A DNA stretch of 64,000 bases from NCBI RefSeq assembly GCF_001194135.2, contig NC_068982.1, positions 85,052,409 to 85,116,408 on the forward strand, given 5' to 3'. This document shows positions 12,760-25,884 of the stretch, one piece after another; the stretch's first letter is position 1; every line of letters starts with the position of its first letter. Below the pieces are notes generated by a model. It was not told the origin of the DNA, ran no database searches, and saw only the letters and a list, made by a program, of their open reading frames with translations. Source of the stretch: Octopus bimaculoides (taxonomy: Eukaryota). The position numbers were made by a program, and so were the translations under genes.

Positions 12760-13290
12760 TATACGCAGTGAAGCTTTACAATAGCGTCCTAATTGTATCG
12801 ATTGCTATTTTCCAGTAAATATTGGTGTCTTGTTGTACCACTCATCTGAATTTATATGTATACCCTTATGGGGCTTTATTTTACTGGAAAGTAATACATT
12901 TGTATTGCAATATTTCTCATTGAAAAAAACTTCTTCACTGTTCTCAGTTCTGTTAACGGCTAGGCGTTCAGGCGAGTATACTTGGCATTGATGTGGCAAC
13001 ATTTGAAATATTGTCTAGGTAAATGCAGCTAATGAAGACTGATCAAATTTACATTGTGAAACGTATTTGAAGAGTTAGAAACCGGTCCTGCATTATCCGA
13101 TTCTCGGTTGTACATTTATCGAATGTTCTTCCTAGAGGTAAGACAAATTTTTCTTGTTTGTTGCACACACACGTTTTTGCCAGTATATACGCAGTGAAGC
13201 TTTACAATAGCGTCGTAATTGTATCGATTGCTATTTTCCAGTAAGTATTGGTGCCTTGTTGTACCACTCATCTGAATTTATATATATATC
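12760..13290 (+). repeat. 426-bp-period direct repeat (1.25 units) containing a hammerhead motif
   Basis: The ~100-bp block tacgcagtgaagctttacaatagcgtc...ccactcatctgaatttata occurs at 12762 and 13188. Confidence 0.85.
13022..13094 (+). ncRNA. Minimal type-I hammerhead ribozyme motif, core variant G5A
   Basis: aatgcag-CTAATGA-a-gact...agtt-a-GAAA-CCGG-TC-ctgcatt: 7-bp stem I, palindromic stem III ACCGGU and a GUC site. Confidence 0.7.
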
Positions 13291-13608
13291 ATCATCGCCA
13301 TCATCATCGTTTAATGTCCGCTTTCCATGCTAGCATGGGTTGGACGATTTGACTGAGGACTGGTGAAACCAGATGGCTACACCAGGCTCCAATCTGATTT
13401 GGCAGAGTTTCTACAGCTGGATGCCCTTCCTAACGCCAACTACTCCGAGAGTGTAGTGGGTGCTTTTACGTGCCACCGGCATGAGGGCCAGTCAGGTGGT
13501 ACTGGCAATGGCCACGCTCAAAATGGTGTATTTTACATGCCACCCACACAAGAGCCAGTCAAGGGGCACTGGCAACAATCTCACTCGAAAGTCCTTACAC
13601 ATGCCATG
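13290..13608 (-). mobile_element. RTE-type 3' tail/SINE (young copy, runs into gap)
   Basis: catcatcgtttaatgtccgctttccatgctagcatgggttggac...ttctacagctggatgcccttcctaacgccaac; CpGs retained. Confidence 0.75.
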
Positions 13609-14045
13609 NNNNNNNNNNNNNNNNNNNNNNNNNNNNNNNNNNNNNNNNNNNNNNNNNNNNNNNNNNNNNNNNNNNNNNNNNNNNNNNNNNNNNNNNNNNN
13701 NNNNNNNNNNNNNNNNNNNNNNNNNNNNNNNNNNNNNNNNNNNNNNNNNNNNNNNNNNNNNNNNNNNNNNNNNNNNNNNNNNNNNNNNNNNNNNNNNNNN
13801 NNNNNNNNNNNNNNNNNNNNNNNNNNNNNNNNNNNNNNNNNNNNNNNNNNNNNNNNNNNNNNNNNNNNNNNNNNNNNNNNNNNNNNNNNNNNNNNNNNNN
13901 NNNNNNNNNNNNNNNNNNNNNNNNNNNNNNNNNNNNNNNNNNNNNNNNNNNNNNNNNNNNNNNNNNNNNNNNNNNNNNNNNNNNNNNNNNNNNNNNNNNN
14001 NNNNNNNNNNNNNNNNNNNNNNNNNNNNNNNNNNNNNNNNNNATA

Positions 14046-14490
14046 GGCAACACACACACACAAACACATACTTACATACACCTATTGCATACATGTTTTC
14101 TGAGTAATACCATCAATTGAGGCAAATTTGGCACTCAGATGGAAGTTTTGTAGGAGGAATAGAGAGGCCTACCTTTTCCCGCAGAGAGATGTGTGAGTCA
14201 GATCTCTCCTTTCAAAAACATGAGTAGTTTTCGAAACATTGTTTACAAAATGATAGCTGATCATTTGCGAAGGAGCGTGTCTACAGTCAACACTTAGGAT
14301 TTTTGCTCTGGTAATGTCTACTCTTTCCTATGTTCACGCATGATCAGCTATATGTCACAATGAGTAGAGCAACGGATTCAGCTAATTTGGAAATTAGTTG
14401 TGGAGAAACAGAGAATATCATTTATATATATATATATATATACGGGCAACACACACACGTATGTATGTACACCTATTGCATACATGTTTT
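14046..14490 (+). mobile_element. Helitron RepHel helicase C-terminal remnant between ~50-bp direct repeats
   Basis: MFTHDQLYVTMSRAT...TENIIY matches the PIF1-like motif VI FSHGQLYVALSRV...T.NIVY. ggcaacacacacac...cacctattgcatacatgtttt occurs at 14046 and 14445. Confidence 0.7.
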
Positions 14491-14619
14491 TGTACACATA
14501 CATGTTCTTATGTGTGTGTGTGACTGAAGCCATTCATACATACATACATAACAACCCCTGTCTGTCTCTTTTTTGTCTGTCAATCACTCACTAAAATGAC
14601 GAAATTTTAAAACTGTGTT

Positions 14620-14668
<49 letters not shown>

Positions 14669-15289
14669 CACCATCGCTAGAAGGGGACTTAATTCATGTT
14701 TGCTAATATTTTTTCTGTTTTGAAAATGGTTAGAAGTTATGGTTCAAAATTATTTTTACCACTGTTTACTGGGGGAAATAATTTGATGAAAATACAGCTA
14801 AGGTCATGACGAATGTCCTCCTAAAATTTGAGCAACATGCGTGCTAATTTGTGGATACGCACAAATTACATTCACATACATACACGCACACATAGACATC
14901 CTGCCTTTTATATATACAGATATAGAATGCAGTCAGTCGGAATGAGTCTTATCATTGGCAAGATGGTAGCTCACTTTGTACTGCATTCTATATCTAATAT
15001 ATTTAAATTCTCCCTTGTTTAGACCAGAATCACTTATTAAGATGATATTCACTAAGGGTGCAATTTTAATTAATTACAATTTCTTGGCTCACTCTATCAA
15101 GTATGTTAACACCCATTTTACTATTTTTTTCATACAGGAGACATACTTCAGCATTTTCCCCATGTTAGTCTTTGATGTTATGGTTCCATTCAACATTGAT
15201 ACACAGATATATATTTTTCTAGACATTCTAAGACCTGATAATATATCTTATATCTTTTATTTGTTTCAGTCATCTGACTATGGCCATGC

Positions 15290-15560
15290 TAGAGCAGTGC
15301 CTTGAACAGTTTTAGTAGAACAATTTGATGCTAGGAATTTTTTTTAAAGCTTAGCATTTATTCTATCAGTCTCTTTTGTTGACTGCTAAGTTATGGGGAC
15401 ATAAACGCACCAACACCAGTTGCCAAGTGGTGGTGGGGAACAAAGACAAAGACACACACACAACAAGCTTCTTTCTATTTCCAGCTACCAAATCCACTTA
15501 CAAGGCTTTGGTTGGCCTGAACCCAGAACCATACAGCCACGCCTGCACCTATAACTGTGA
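15290..15560 (-). mobile_element. CORE-type tRNA-derived SINE (decayed)
   Basis: Reverse-complement similarity to the copies at 55965 and 63580 (gggttcagg..., caaagccttgtaagtggattt, acaaaagagactgatagaataa). Confidence 0.7.
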
Positions 15561-16829
15561 ATTACAAGGAGAGTCTTAAGAAATTCATTTTATTAATTAG
15601 GAAGAATCTTAAAAATGTTTTGATGAAAAGGTGTATTAGATCATATGATTATTTTGAAAAAAAAAACTATGCTTTGCTGATTGGTCTAATAAGACAAAAA
15701 CATACTTGGAATTGTTACCATACTATCAAAATCAGGCTCATTTCCCATTGCATCATTTATTTAGTTAATTTCAATTCTGGGGTTGTCTCTCAGAATCAGT
15801 CATTAAAATAAGGATTCTTTTTCTCATCACCATGGATGTAATTTTAATTAATTACAACATTTTGGTTCACTATTTAATATAGTGGGTGCCAACATACTTA
15901 ATGTATGCTGACACCCACTTCACTATAACTTTGTTATGCAACAGGCATCTCTGGAGAGTATTTTCCCCAATCTTTTTAACTAAACACTTAATATTGTACA
16001 AAGACTAATCAAAGAAGAGTATTTAAACATATGGAATGACTAAAAGAATCAGCAAATGATTTCTATAGGCATTGTAAACAGTATACATTTTTGGAATTGG
16101 TAAAAAGTACTCAGGTTAATTATACTTTGGGGGATCCATATCCCAGACAACTTCCACTCTAGGATTAAACAATATACTTACCCTTCTCATTGACATATTA
16201 CTTGGTTGATCTTAGTTATTACATGGAGAAGGGGGAATAATCAGGATATTTATATTTATCTATTAAACATAAAAGATTTATGCCTATAAATTATAGAGTA
16301 TGAAACTAATAGTGTTACAAACTGAACAAAAATTAGATGTACATAACTACTTAACCCATGATTTTAACATATTTATTATGATTTGAGCAGCTTATTTCTA
16401 TTGCTTTTATATGTCTCCTTTAAATTATTTCATTTAAATGGATTTCATTAGATCATATTTTAGTCATTGCCATCATCATCATTTTATTTTACATCCATAT
16501 CTATTTTCGTTACTTACATGGGTTGATAAATTAATGCATATATTTTCATTAAAGAATGAGGAAGACATTTTATTAAAACATTGTATACTAGAATAATATA
16601 TTCTAATTCAAAAAATTATTTCATTTGAATAATTATCCAGTTCAACATTTATCACTAAAACTACTTCATTAAATTGTTTTCTTCCAAAATTATATAAGTA
16701 TTATTTGCAAAAATAGTAAACAATAATATATTTGATGTTTTAGATAAATTGTTAATATATATTAGAAATAAAAAGATGGGTTTGATTTTTTTCTAATATT
16801 TTTTTGGTCCCAATATTGATCCCAGGAAA

Positions 16830-17400
16830 ATTTCCATCATGTATTTTGCCATGGACCTTCTGTCATGGAGTCATCTTTGGAAAAAGATATGGGTATTTCT
16901 CATACAGTTCTAGTTTGTGGATCTTCTCAGAAATAATTCATGATCCACTGTTTTATACACCTTGGTCAATTTGATAAATACCTCAATGCTCATTCTATTA
17001 ACTGCAAGTTTTGGTGACAGTTCAATTCTGAAACCAAATTTATCATTAGACTTTATCTTGAAAGAGAAATCATTTAACATTCCTTCCTTATGCATTCAGG
17101 TAGACTTCCTTGATAAGTGCAATGCACTTGTCAAGGAATCTTCATGGGAAAATACAAAGGTAGTTTCCTGTTGCTTTCCTTCAGGCATCTGTTATAAGAT
17201 ACCATCATCTTGGCAAAGTAGAGACAAGTTTGCCACATATACCTGAGCATTCACAACATAAAGAACTTGAAGAAATACCACAAAGCATTTCTTTTGTCCA
17301 ATGCTCTAACAATTCACCAGTCCATGACCCTAGATTGGTATTTCATTTTATCAACCCTGGAAGGTAAAAGACAAGTAGATTTCACCAAGAACAAATATTG
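16830..17400 (-). mobile_element. CR1/L2-like LINE RT fragment
   Basis: MSIEVFIKLTKVYKTVDHELFL resembles the RT motif GVFIDLTKAFDTVDH.LL. Confidence 0.6.
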
Positions 17401-17589
17401 CAAGACCTTTTGCCTAATGTTTTAATGCTTTTGTTTACTTGTTGTCTTTCATTTAACCTACATGAAAACCACCCTTCCTTTTTCTTTTGAAAATACATGC
17501 AGTACAATTTTCAACTTCATTTTCTTTTTTTTTTTTTTGCCACCGCCGCAGCCACCGCCACCACCTCTGTTGCTGCCCCCACCACGACC

Positions 17590-19250
17590 ACCACCATCAT
17601 CATTTAATGTCCAACTTCTAAGCTGGCATGGGTTGAACAATATGACAGGATCCAGCAATCTGCAGTGCTATGCTAAGCTCTAGAGTCAGCTTTGCTCTTC
17701 CTAATGCTAACCACTTTACAATATGTACTGGGTGCTTTTTTCCATGCCTCCAACAAGACAGAAAAGAACAGGTAAGAAAAAAGAATCCCCGCCCAGACTG
17801 TGACTGAGTGAGTGTGTGTGTATGTGTGGTAGGGTATTAGGAAGTGGGAAGAGGCTTTGATAGAGGAACAAGAACAGGTGTCTTGCTATAGAGGAGATAC
17901 ATGGTTACCACACATTGTAAGGGCAAGTAGCAGTTATTTGGAGGATGAAGATAAAGAAAAATGATAGTGATGTTATGCCAAAGCAAACTTTCAAGGTAAG
18001 TGGGTATAAGAGAGGATATAGTCAGTGGAGTAGGTAGGGAGAAAGGGAAAGGTGAGTAGTTTCATAAGAATGTGAGGGGAGATGGTAAGAGAGGCAAGGG
18101 TGGCAGATGTACAAGAATGAAGGTGTGGTTGGAGGGAAATATCAATGTAAAAAGGAAGTAAAACGAGAGCTAGTAGTGGCACATGTAGGATAGATAATAA
18201 GGTAGTGAGATGATGTGTAAGGTGGAGAGGAATATGTGAGTGTAGATAAGGATGTGTATAGTGAGTGAACATGATAGTGTGTTGAGAATGATAGCAGGCA
18301 AGTGAAGTGATAACATAGAGTATTGTAGAGGGGAGAGCTATCTCAAGGAACAGAAAAGTTTTCAGTGAGAGAAGTGAGGGAAAGGAATGAATGTTGAGAA
18401 TAAGAGATGGAAGGTTCTTGGTCTTGTATACTGGAATTGTTTCATCTTTCATTAAATGATATGGGGAAATACTAGTTGAAAATACTAAGTTGAAAATGAA
18501 AGTTAATGGTGTCAGTATTACTTTTACTGCTACAGTTATTTTTCTGTCTATTATCTGTACTTATTTTCTGTCTAAGCTGGAAGCTTTTATTGACAGATTT
18601 TATTATAGTGTTTACAACCAATGCACATGTTGGTTTGAATACAAATAGATGATATTTAATAAATGACAACAGGCCATCACTGTAGTCTTAAATTTCTTTA
18701 AGATAATTGTTAATTTTTTTAAAGGCATCATATAGGTCAATTACATTTTTAGCTTTATTAGGGTAGTTTCATTTAATCCCCTCAGCGTCCAGCAATCTGC
18801 AGTGCTGTGCCAAACTCTAGAGTCAGCTTTGCTCTTCCTAATGCTAACCACCTTACAATGTGTACTTGGTGCTTTTTTCCATGCCACCTGCACCTGCGAG
18901 GTAGCGAAATAAGTTGCAAGAGAGAAAAGAACAGGTAAGAAAAAAAAACTCCACCCTTGACTGTAACTAAGTGCGTGCGCGATTAGGAAGTAGGAAGAGG
19001 CTTTATGCCAGCTGCTGAGAGGCTATGACAGAAGAACAAGAACAGGTGTCTTGCTATAGAGGAGATATGTGGTTACCACACATTATACGGGCAAGTAGCA
19101 GTTATTTGGAAGATGAAGATAACGAAGGAAAATGAGAGTGATGTGCCAAAGCAAACTTTCAAGGTAAGTGGGTATAAGAGAGGATATAGTCAGGGGATTA
19201 GGTAGGGAGAAAAGGAGAGGTGAGTAGTTTCATAAGAATGTGAAGGAAGA
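17590..19250 (-). repeat. Two similar copies (17650-18075 and 18788-19232) of an RTE long 3' UTR
   Basis: Both share ccagcaatctgcagtgct...gaacaagaacaggtgtcttgctatagaggagata...agtagtttcataagaatgtga, and are the GA-rich complement of the CT-rich UTR at 3300-4320. Confidence 0.75.
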
Positions 19251-20343
19251 GTAATAGATGGTTAAAGCAATTTCCCCACTGTTGTAATATGAGTTAGTGG
19301 AGCATAAAAATTCCTGAAGGATGTATGTTGTTTTTTAGATTTTTGGTGATTCATAAATAGATTCTACTGCAATGACAAGTACTATGAGCTCTATGAAGAT
19401 ATATTTGTATGAATCAAATAAGCTTATGTCACACTGCTCCTTAATGAAAGTTGATTCATGAGTGAATTGTGAATCATTATTGATCTACTTTTTATTGTTT
19501 CAGAATTACTCTGTGGTTTTTTATGTGCATAATTTTTGATTGTCTTTAAACTATGTTTCAGTGAAAATAATCAAACTAGATTTAGGCTATAAAAGTATAA
19601 TCTATGTAACAATATAGTCAAAAATTTGAACTTTGTTTCTAGTGTTAAGATCATTTTTGCAAAATACTGATACTTCATTTATAAATTGTTCTTTCTACTG
19701 AGCCTTTGATTATTAAATTATCATAAGAGGCTATTGCCATCCAGTTGCTTGGTTTTGTTATTTTGATTTTTTGTTGTTAATTGTTTATTTTTGTCAGGTG
19801 TAGCATTCCAATTATTTTATTTTATTGCATAATTTGACAATTTTGGCTGTGTGTATGTTTTCCCCTTTGGTTTGTAATTAACTCATTTCAAGTGAAAAGA
19901 GGAAGCTGAAGAGTCAAGCACAAAATTCTCAAACTTCCTTGGTATTAGACTTTTAGCAGAGAAACCAAACTGATAGTTTGGTAACCCACTAAGATAAACA
20001 TCAAAAATCAAAAGGAGAAAATAAACAGCTTTGCAAGTTTAACTCAGTATTTATTGAACAAGAGGGGTGCGAAATTTAAGAAGCAACTTATTAGAATATA
20101 TACGTCTGTAAGGAGACATAAACAAGAATAGCAAAAATCTACTACACCAAAAGAACTGGTAATACATACATTACATGTGTTCTATGAAGGGAACATAAGA
20201 TTGCTCCAAAATTCAACATGAGCGTAAAATGACATTAAACATTGTATAAGGTAAATTAACGTTTCTGTGGGAACACTAAAAAGTCATATCCACTAAATGA
20301 GTTTACATATGCGAAGATGAATTATGATGCGGTCAGCATTAGA

Positions 20344-20747
20344 TGTAGTGTGAGCTGGTAGCAGTGATATTGGCAGTGTTGGCAGCGATGAATTTCTTTG
20401 TGTCATAATATGGAGAAAGGAAGCAAATAACTTCCTGGTGAAAACACAAGCTAGATTCCCTAAGCGAAGAAAAACTTATCTATGTAAGGAAATTGCTAGG
20501 CTCCATAGAGATGTGAAAGGTTTTACCACCAAGAGAACACATGATCCATTTGAGCACATCTGATTGGTTGACTGGGTAACTCGGTGCAATTGTTTAGGGA
20601 ACAAATTGCATCTAAAAACTAACTAATCAGAGAAAAAGGGTTAAAGCAAGATCTTTATAGCCAAGTGCTACGTCCAAACAACAACTATAAATAAAAGGGA
20701 GAGAGGATAGTTTGCCATTTGTGCTTTTGTCAATACATTCTGCTACA
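20344..20747 (-). repeat. 3' LTR (~404 bp, TG...CA)
   Basis: On the minus strand the PPT ggttggggagttc precedes TGTAGCAG at 20747, and the repeat ends ...CACTACA at 20344. Confidence 0.6.
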
Positions 20748-23700
20748 GAACTCCCCAACCAGAACATTTGTGTGACACAAATTTGCGATAATAGGAGAGA
20801 ACTGCCAGTAAAAATGGTAAGACAGAAGGGTTGAACATGCTAGTACACATATTAGAGTGTATGCAGAATTATGCAGATCAATAAAAATACAGCATCTTAC
20901 AACAAAATAAAATATGTGAAAATTCAAACAAGGTATAAAAAAGAATGTAGGACATTTGCATATAAATAGTAAAGGATAGAAATGCATGCTTTGAACACAA
21001 AATAAACATCACATGAAAATACATAGAAAAATGCATGATAACAAAAAAACAGGAAGTTATAGAAATGTTTTTAAATGTTTTGCACAGTTTGTTAGGCCAG
21101 TGGACTTTGTGGCCACTGTGTGTGGTGGTGGTATGAGAAGATGAAGGGGTAGATGACTGCATTGTTGGTGCTGGTGAAGGTGTAGGTATGATGTCTGCAG
21201 TATTTTGTGGTTTAAAATGGAGGGGTACATTTGGTTCTGGAGTGAGGGCTACAGCAAAAGCATGCTTCACCCTGTCAACAGATACTGTTTCTTTTTTGCC
21301 ATTAATATCTATGGTAAAAAGTTTGTCAGTCTTTGCTAGGACATGATAGTGTCCTTTATGCAGATGTGTGAGTGGTCCTCTCACAGAATCGTCCCTCAAA
21401 AATACATGAGTCCATGAGGAAACGTCTTGTGGAATAAAAGAAGGTATAGACTGTCATCAAGAAGACATATGCAGTAGATCAGCAAAATAGGAAAATAAGT
21501 GGTATACGTATTCAGTGGGAACATGAGCAGCTAAATCCACAGAGGTAAACATTTAACTCAGGAGTGATAAAGGCACAGCATAAAGTAGTTCTGCAGGTGT
21601 AAAACTGAGATCTTCTTTAACAGAGGATATACAACCCAAAAGAACAACAGGAAGGGACTCACTCCAGTGGTGAGGATCTGGATAGGATCGCAGTGCAGTT
21701 TTGAGTTGACGATGAAATCGTTCTACCATCCCATTAGATACTGGGTAGTGTGGATGTGCTTAACACCCAACAACTTTGACAGTTCTGCAAACAGCTGCAA
21801 CTCAAACTGTCTGCTACGGTCAGTTGTGATCTGTAAGGAAACACTGAAATGAGAAATTCAAGTGGCTATGAGAGCTTGAGCAACAGACTCTGCTGCGATA
21901 TTGTGTAAAGGAACAGCCTCCAGCCAGCACATAAAACAGTCTATACTTGTGAGGATGTAAGTGAATCCATTGCTGACAGGCTAAGGACTGACTAGGTTGA
22001 TATGGACTTGTTGAAAACAGGCATCTGCCAAGTGGTGCTTGAACGTGTCTACATATCTTCGACTGCTGGCAATTCTGAGACCATGCAGCAATATGCTAAA
22101 GCATATTTGGCCAGAAGAATCGAGCCAAAATTAGCTTTACTGATGCAGAGATGCCAGGATGAGAGAGCAAGTGCAAAGCATTCAAAACATGTTTCTGGTG
22201 GTGCTCAGGAACTAATGGTCACGGGTCACCAGTAGAAACATCACACAAGATCATCTTCACAGCAGTTGGGATTGGTATGTACTTAAATTGACAAGTAGAA
22301 AATTTGTCAGATGTAGTATCCAATGAGGTCAAAGCAGGCTGGTCAGCAGTCAAAGTGGACAAATCTATCTCTGAGGTGGAAGATAGAGAACAAATAGGAA
22401 GTCTGGATAAAGTATCTGTGGCTGAGCTATTCATTCTAGTTACATGTGAAATATCAGAAGTAAACTGCGATATGAAACCCAACTGTCAACTTTCTCAAGG
22501 AAAATATTTGTTGGTCTTCGATAGCAAAACGAACGTGAGTGGCTTGTGGTCAGTGAATATGGTAAATTCATGACCCTTTAAAAAGTGAGAAAAATATTTA
22601 ACAGCTAGGTACATAGCTAGAAGTTCTTTGCTAAAGGTGCTGCAATGAATTTCAACAGGTTTAAGCTGGTGAAAAAAGAATGCCAAAAGTTGCATCTTGT
22701 TGTGATAGGATTGTTGTAGAACGGCACCTACATCAGAATCGGATGCATTGACTGAGAGTCTCAGCTGAGCATTCTGTATTGGAGAGGCTAACAAAGAAAT
22801 CTGTCCTAGCTCATTTTTCATTTCCTCAAAAGCCTGTAGTTGTGATAGTGGAAGGGAAATAATTTCATCATTTTTTTTCTCTTTTGCAATAGTTGTGTTA
22901 GACGAGTCAATTTCCCAGCACAATGTGGATTGAAACGCCAGTAGAAGTTTATCATTCCTAAAAATTGGCATACCTGGTGAAGAGAAGTAGGAGTAGCTAG
23001 ACACTGTATTGCTTGAATTTTCTCGGGAAGAGGACAAATTCCATTGCTGTCTATGAAATGTCCCCAAAATTCCAAAGAGGAGGAACCAAAAACATACTTG
23101 GTGGAGTTTATCTTCATTTGGTACGTAGAGAGATGTTGAAATAGCAGTGTTAAGTGTTGGATGTGTTCTTCCAACACTTGCAATAAGCAGATATTTGATA
23201 TAAGCAAAGACAAAATGCAAACCATGAACAACTTTGTCAACAAACCTCTGAAATGTGCTTGTAGTATTCCTGAATCCAAAAGGCATGGACAGAAATTCAA
23301 ATGAACCGAAAGGAATGACGATGGCTGTCTTAGGAATATCATCAGGATTCACAGGAATTTGATGGTAAGCTCTAATGAGGTCTATCTTAGAAAGTACAGT
23401 GCAGCTATGCAAAGATGAAGAGAAACCGTGTAGGTGAGGTACTGGATACCTGTCCAAAACTGTAACAGAATTAAGATGTCGAAGGTCTAAGACCCGCAGA
23501 TCCCTTAGGGACAAGATGGAGTGGTGATGACCAAAGGCTGGTGGAGGGGCATATAAGCCCTAGCTGGAGCATGTGGTCAAATTCCGCTCTTACCACCTTA
23601 AGTTTATCTAGCACTAAATGATGAGGACATGAAAAAACAGGAAGTTCAATGATGGTTATAAAGTGCTTTGTTGAATGAGATTGCTTGGTTGAAAAGTGAG

Positions 23701-23850
23701 ATTCATAAGTTCAGGTGACTTATTTAGGAGATCTCGATACGAATTTCCTGCAGCCACAATAAAAAATAGGCTAATACTTGGAGTAAGCAAGTCTCAACCA
23801 GTAACAGATAAAGTGGTGGAGCTATCTCACAAGCATCGTGAGTATTTTAA
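20344..23850 (-). mobile_element. 5'-truncated decayed Ty3/Gypsy element with 3' LTR
   Basis: RYPVPHL...LSKIDLIRAYHQIPV...KTAIVIPFGSFEFLSMPFG (RT), VNASDSDVGAVLQQ...FSKELLAMYLAVKYF...FTIFTDHKPL (RNase H), integrase remnants and the terminal TVSVDRVKHAF. Confidence 0.95.
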
Positions 23851-24295
23851 ATAAAAACTCAACCCAATATTTTTATCTTTCTTTGAAAATAACACTTGTA
23901 CATTTCCTTTAAACTTTCTCAAATCCAAATTTAGTTAGTTTTCAATTAAATGTTTGTAATCTAATATCAAGGTAAATATTTTCACATCATATGCTAAAAG
24001 TCGCTATCTCCAGAAATAAAATCAATATTCTCTTCCAGATTGTGCTTCCTAAAAAGATTGTTTATATTTTGTAGGAAAACAGTAAATCTTTATATATGTA
24101 TCTCTTTCAACAGATGAACACATTATAACATGGTACTGGTAGCAGTGGTAATAGCAGTGATAATTGCAGAAGAAAAGATTTCTAATTGCATGCGTACCAC
24201 AAAAATAAGGTATCAAACAATTCAAGTATATGACAATGGAGCAAACTAAAAGCAGTCACACTCTGTTTTACATAATTCACAGACATTTTTCTTAC

Positions 24296-24445
24296 CTTAA
24301 GTTCAGCTAGAGATTCTGAGATGGCTTGATGACAGGAAATTTGTTCCTGAAACACTTCAACAGTTGTATCCATCAGCTTAGAAAATTCTTCTTGTATTGC
24401 ATTCAGTACAGATGAATGAGTCACAACTAACATAAGACTGTCTAC
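24296..24445 (-). CDS. MAP3K4: MAP3K4-like exon (last visible): VDSLMLVVTHSSVLNAIQEEFSKLMDTTVEVFQEQISCHQAISESLAELK
   Basis: Acceptor cattgttag|GTA and donor AAG|gtaaga; 150 nt, phase 0 to 0. Resembles VDNLLLVVMQSAHLTIQRKAFQQSIEGLMTLCQEQTSSQPVIAKALQQLK. Confidence 0.9.
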
Positions 24446-24544
24446 CTAACAATGAAAAATTAAACAGTTGGTTATAAAGACGTAGCTATATAAAATATTT
24501 TCAATTGAGAAAAATTTTCAAAAATATTTTCCTTCATAATCATG

Positions 24545-24960
24545 TTTTAATGGCCACTGTTCTTTCTTTTCCTTGCTTGCATGGGCTGCACAGAATTCTT
24601 AGCAGTAGATTTTCTACAAATGGATGCCCTTCCTGTTGCCAACCCTCACCTGTTTCCAAGTAAAGTAATATTTACCCATGGCCTGATATGTTGAAATGGA
24701 GAATTAGAAATGAAGAATACTGCTTGTATGGCAGTGATGCTTGCATACAACTCTCACACAATATCAAGGCAAGGGGACTATAACATGTATGTGCACACAT
24801 ATGACAGGTTGCTTTCAGTTTCCATCAACTAAATCCTTTCACAAGGCTTTGGTCAACTTGAGGCTAGAGTTGAAGTCACTTACCCAAGGTGCCACACAGT
24901 GGAACTTAATCTGAAATTATGTGGTTGAGAAGCAAACTCCTTAACCACATAATCACATAT
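24545..24960 (-). mobile_element. RTE-type tail followed by CORE-type SINE
   Basis: ttctacaaatggatgcccttcctgttgccaaccc tail, then acttacccaaggtgccacacagtgg...ggttgagaagcaaactccttaaccac (reverse of the SINE head and CORE). Confidence 0.65.
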
Positions 24961-25444
24961 GGAAGTCCAACAGGGGAAATAAGATGTAAACTGAGTCATT
25001 TTAACTTCTAGAGGAGATAAAAAAGGAAAACATGCATAAGCAAAATTCTCCATAGTTGCTTGATAGATAAGCAAAAGTTATGGCATCATATAGAGTGTCC
25101 ATGCAACATCATAGCTGGATCAAATATTTTCATAATTAGTTATCTACAGTGCACTGTGCTTCTAGCAAAAGTCACTTATTAGAATTTCTTAGTTTGCTAG
25201 GGTCAGTTAAAATCCTCCAAAGGACAACATTTTCAACAAGCTGGAATTCCTCAATTGTTTGGGAAATGCCTCTTAATTGCATAATGTTATGAAAATGAAG
25301 ACAATCTATTATTCTCACAAAATACTCCAGATCTCTCAAAGTTTGTCAACAAGAATCTTTGGAGAAAAGCTGAGTTTAAGCAGGTTCAGTAAATATCCAA
25401 TATTCCAGATATGTACCAATGCTCATTCAATATTCCAAGACATT

Positions 25445-25665
25445 AAGGCGGTAAGCTGGAAGAACTGTGCAGCACACCAGGCAAAATGCTTAGCAGTATA
25501 TCATCTGTCTTTACGATCTGAGTTCAAATTCAGCCAAAGTTGACTGTACTATTCATCCTTTCAGGGTCGATAAAATAAGTACCAGTTGAGTACTGGGAGG
25601 TAAATGTAATCGATTTTCCCCCTGCATCCAAAATTGCTGGTCTTGTGCCAAAATTTGAAACCAAT
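25445..25665 (+). mobile_element. tRNA-like-headed SINE (aaggcggtaagctgg... family)
   Basis: gttcaaattcagcc...ttcatcctttcagggtcgataaaataagtaccagttg...cttgtgccaaaatttgaaac; same family as 60790-60992. Confidence 0.75.
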
Positions 25666-25884
25666 ATTACAAGATATTTCTAACAACAGTTACATATTGA
25701 ATGAATTTTTAGAGAAAAAAAATGAACAAAAATACTCTGTAGTTTGTACTAAAGGAAATAAATTATTAACAAATGTAATCAGTTTTTGTGCTAAAACCTT
25801 TAGTAAAGATAGCAAAATTTCTAATTTTATTCATGCTTTATTAAGAAATCATTTTATTTTAATAGTGAATATTTAGAGACTTAC

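Noticed and set aside
13363-14107. Long ORFs across N gaps (also 29942-30472, 53164-53488, 54255-54674)
   Set aside because: Artefacts of untranslatable N runs.
17458-17683. Poly-Gly/poly-Pro ORFs
   Set aside because: Simple CCA/CCG and poly-T repeats next to a LINE tail, with no splice or homology support.
24130-24175. Possible 5' LTR end of the minus-strand Gypsy (ctggtagcagtg similarity)
   Set aside because: The match is short and low-complexity, and a full LTR here would overlap the MAP3K4 exon at 24296-24445.
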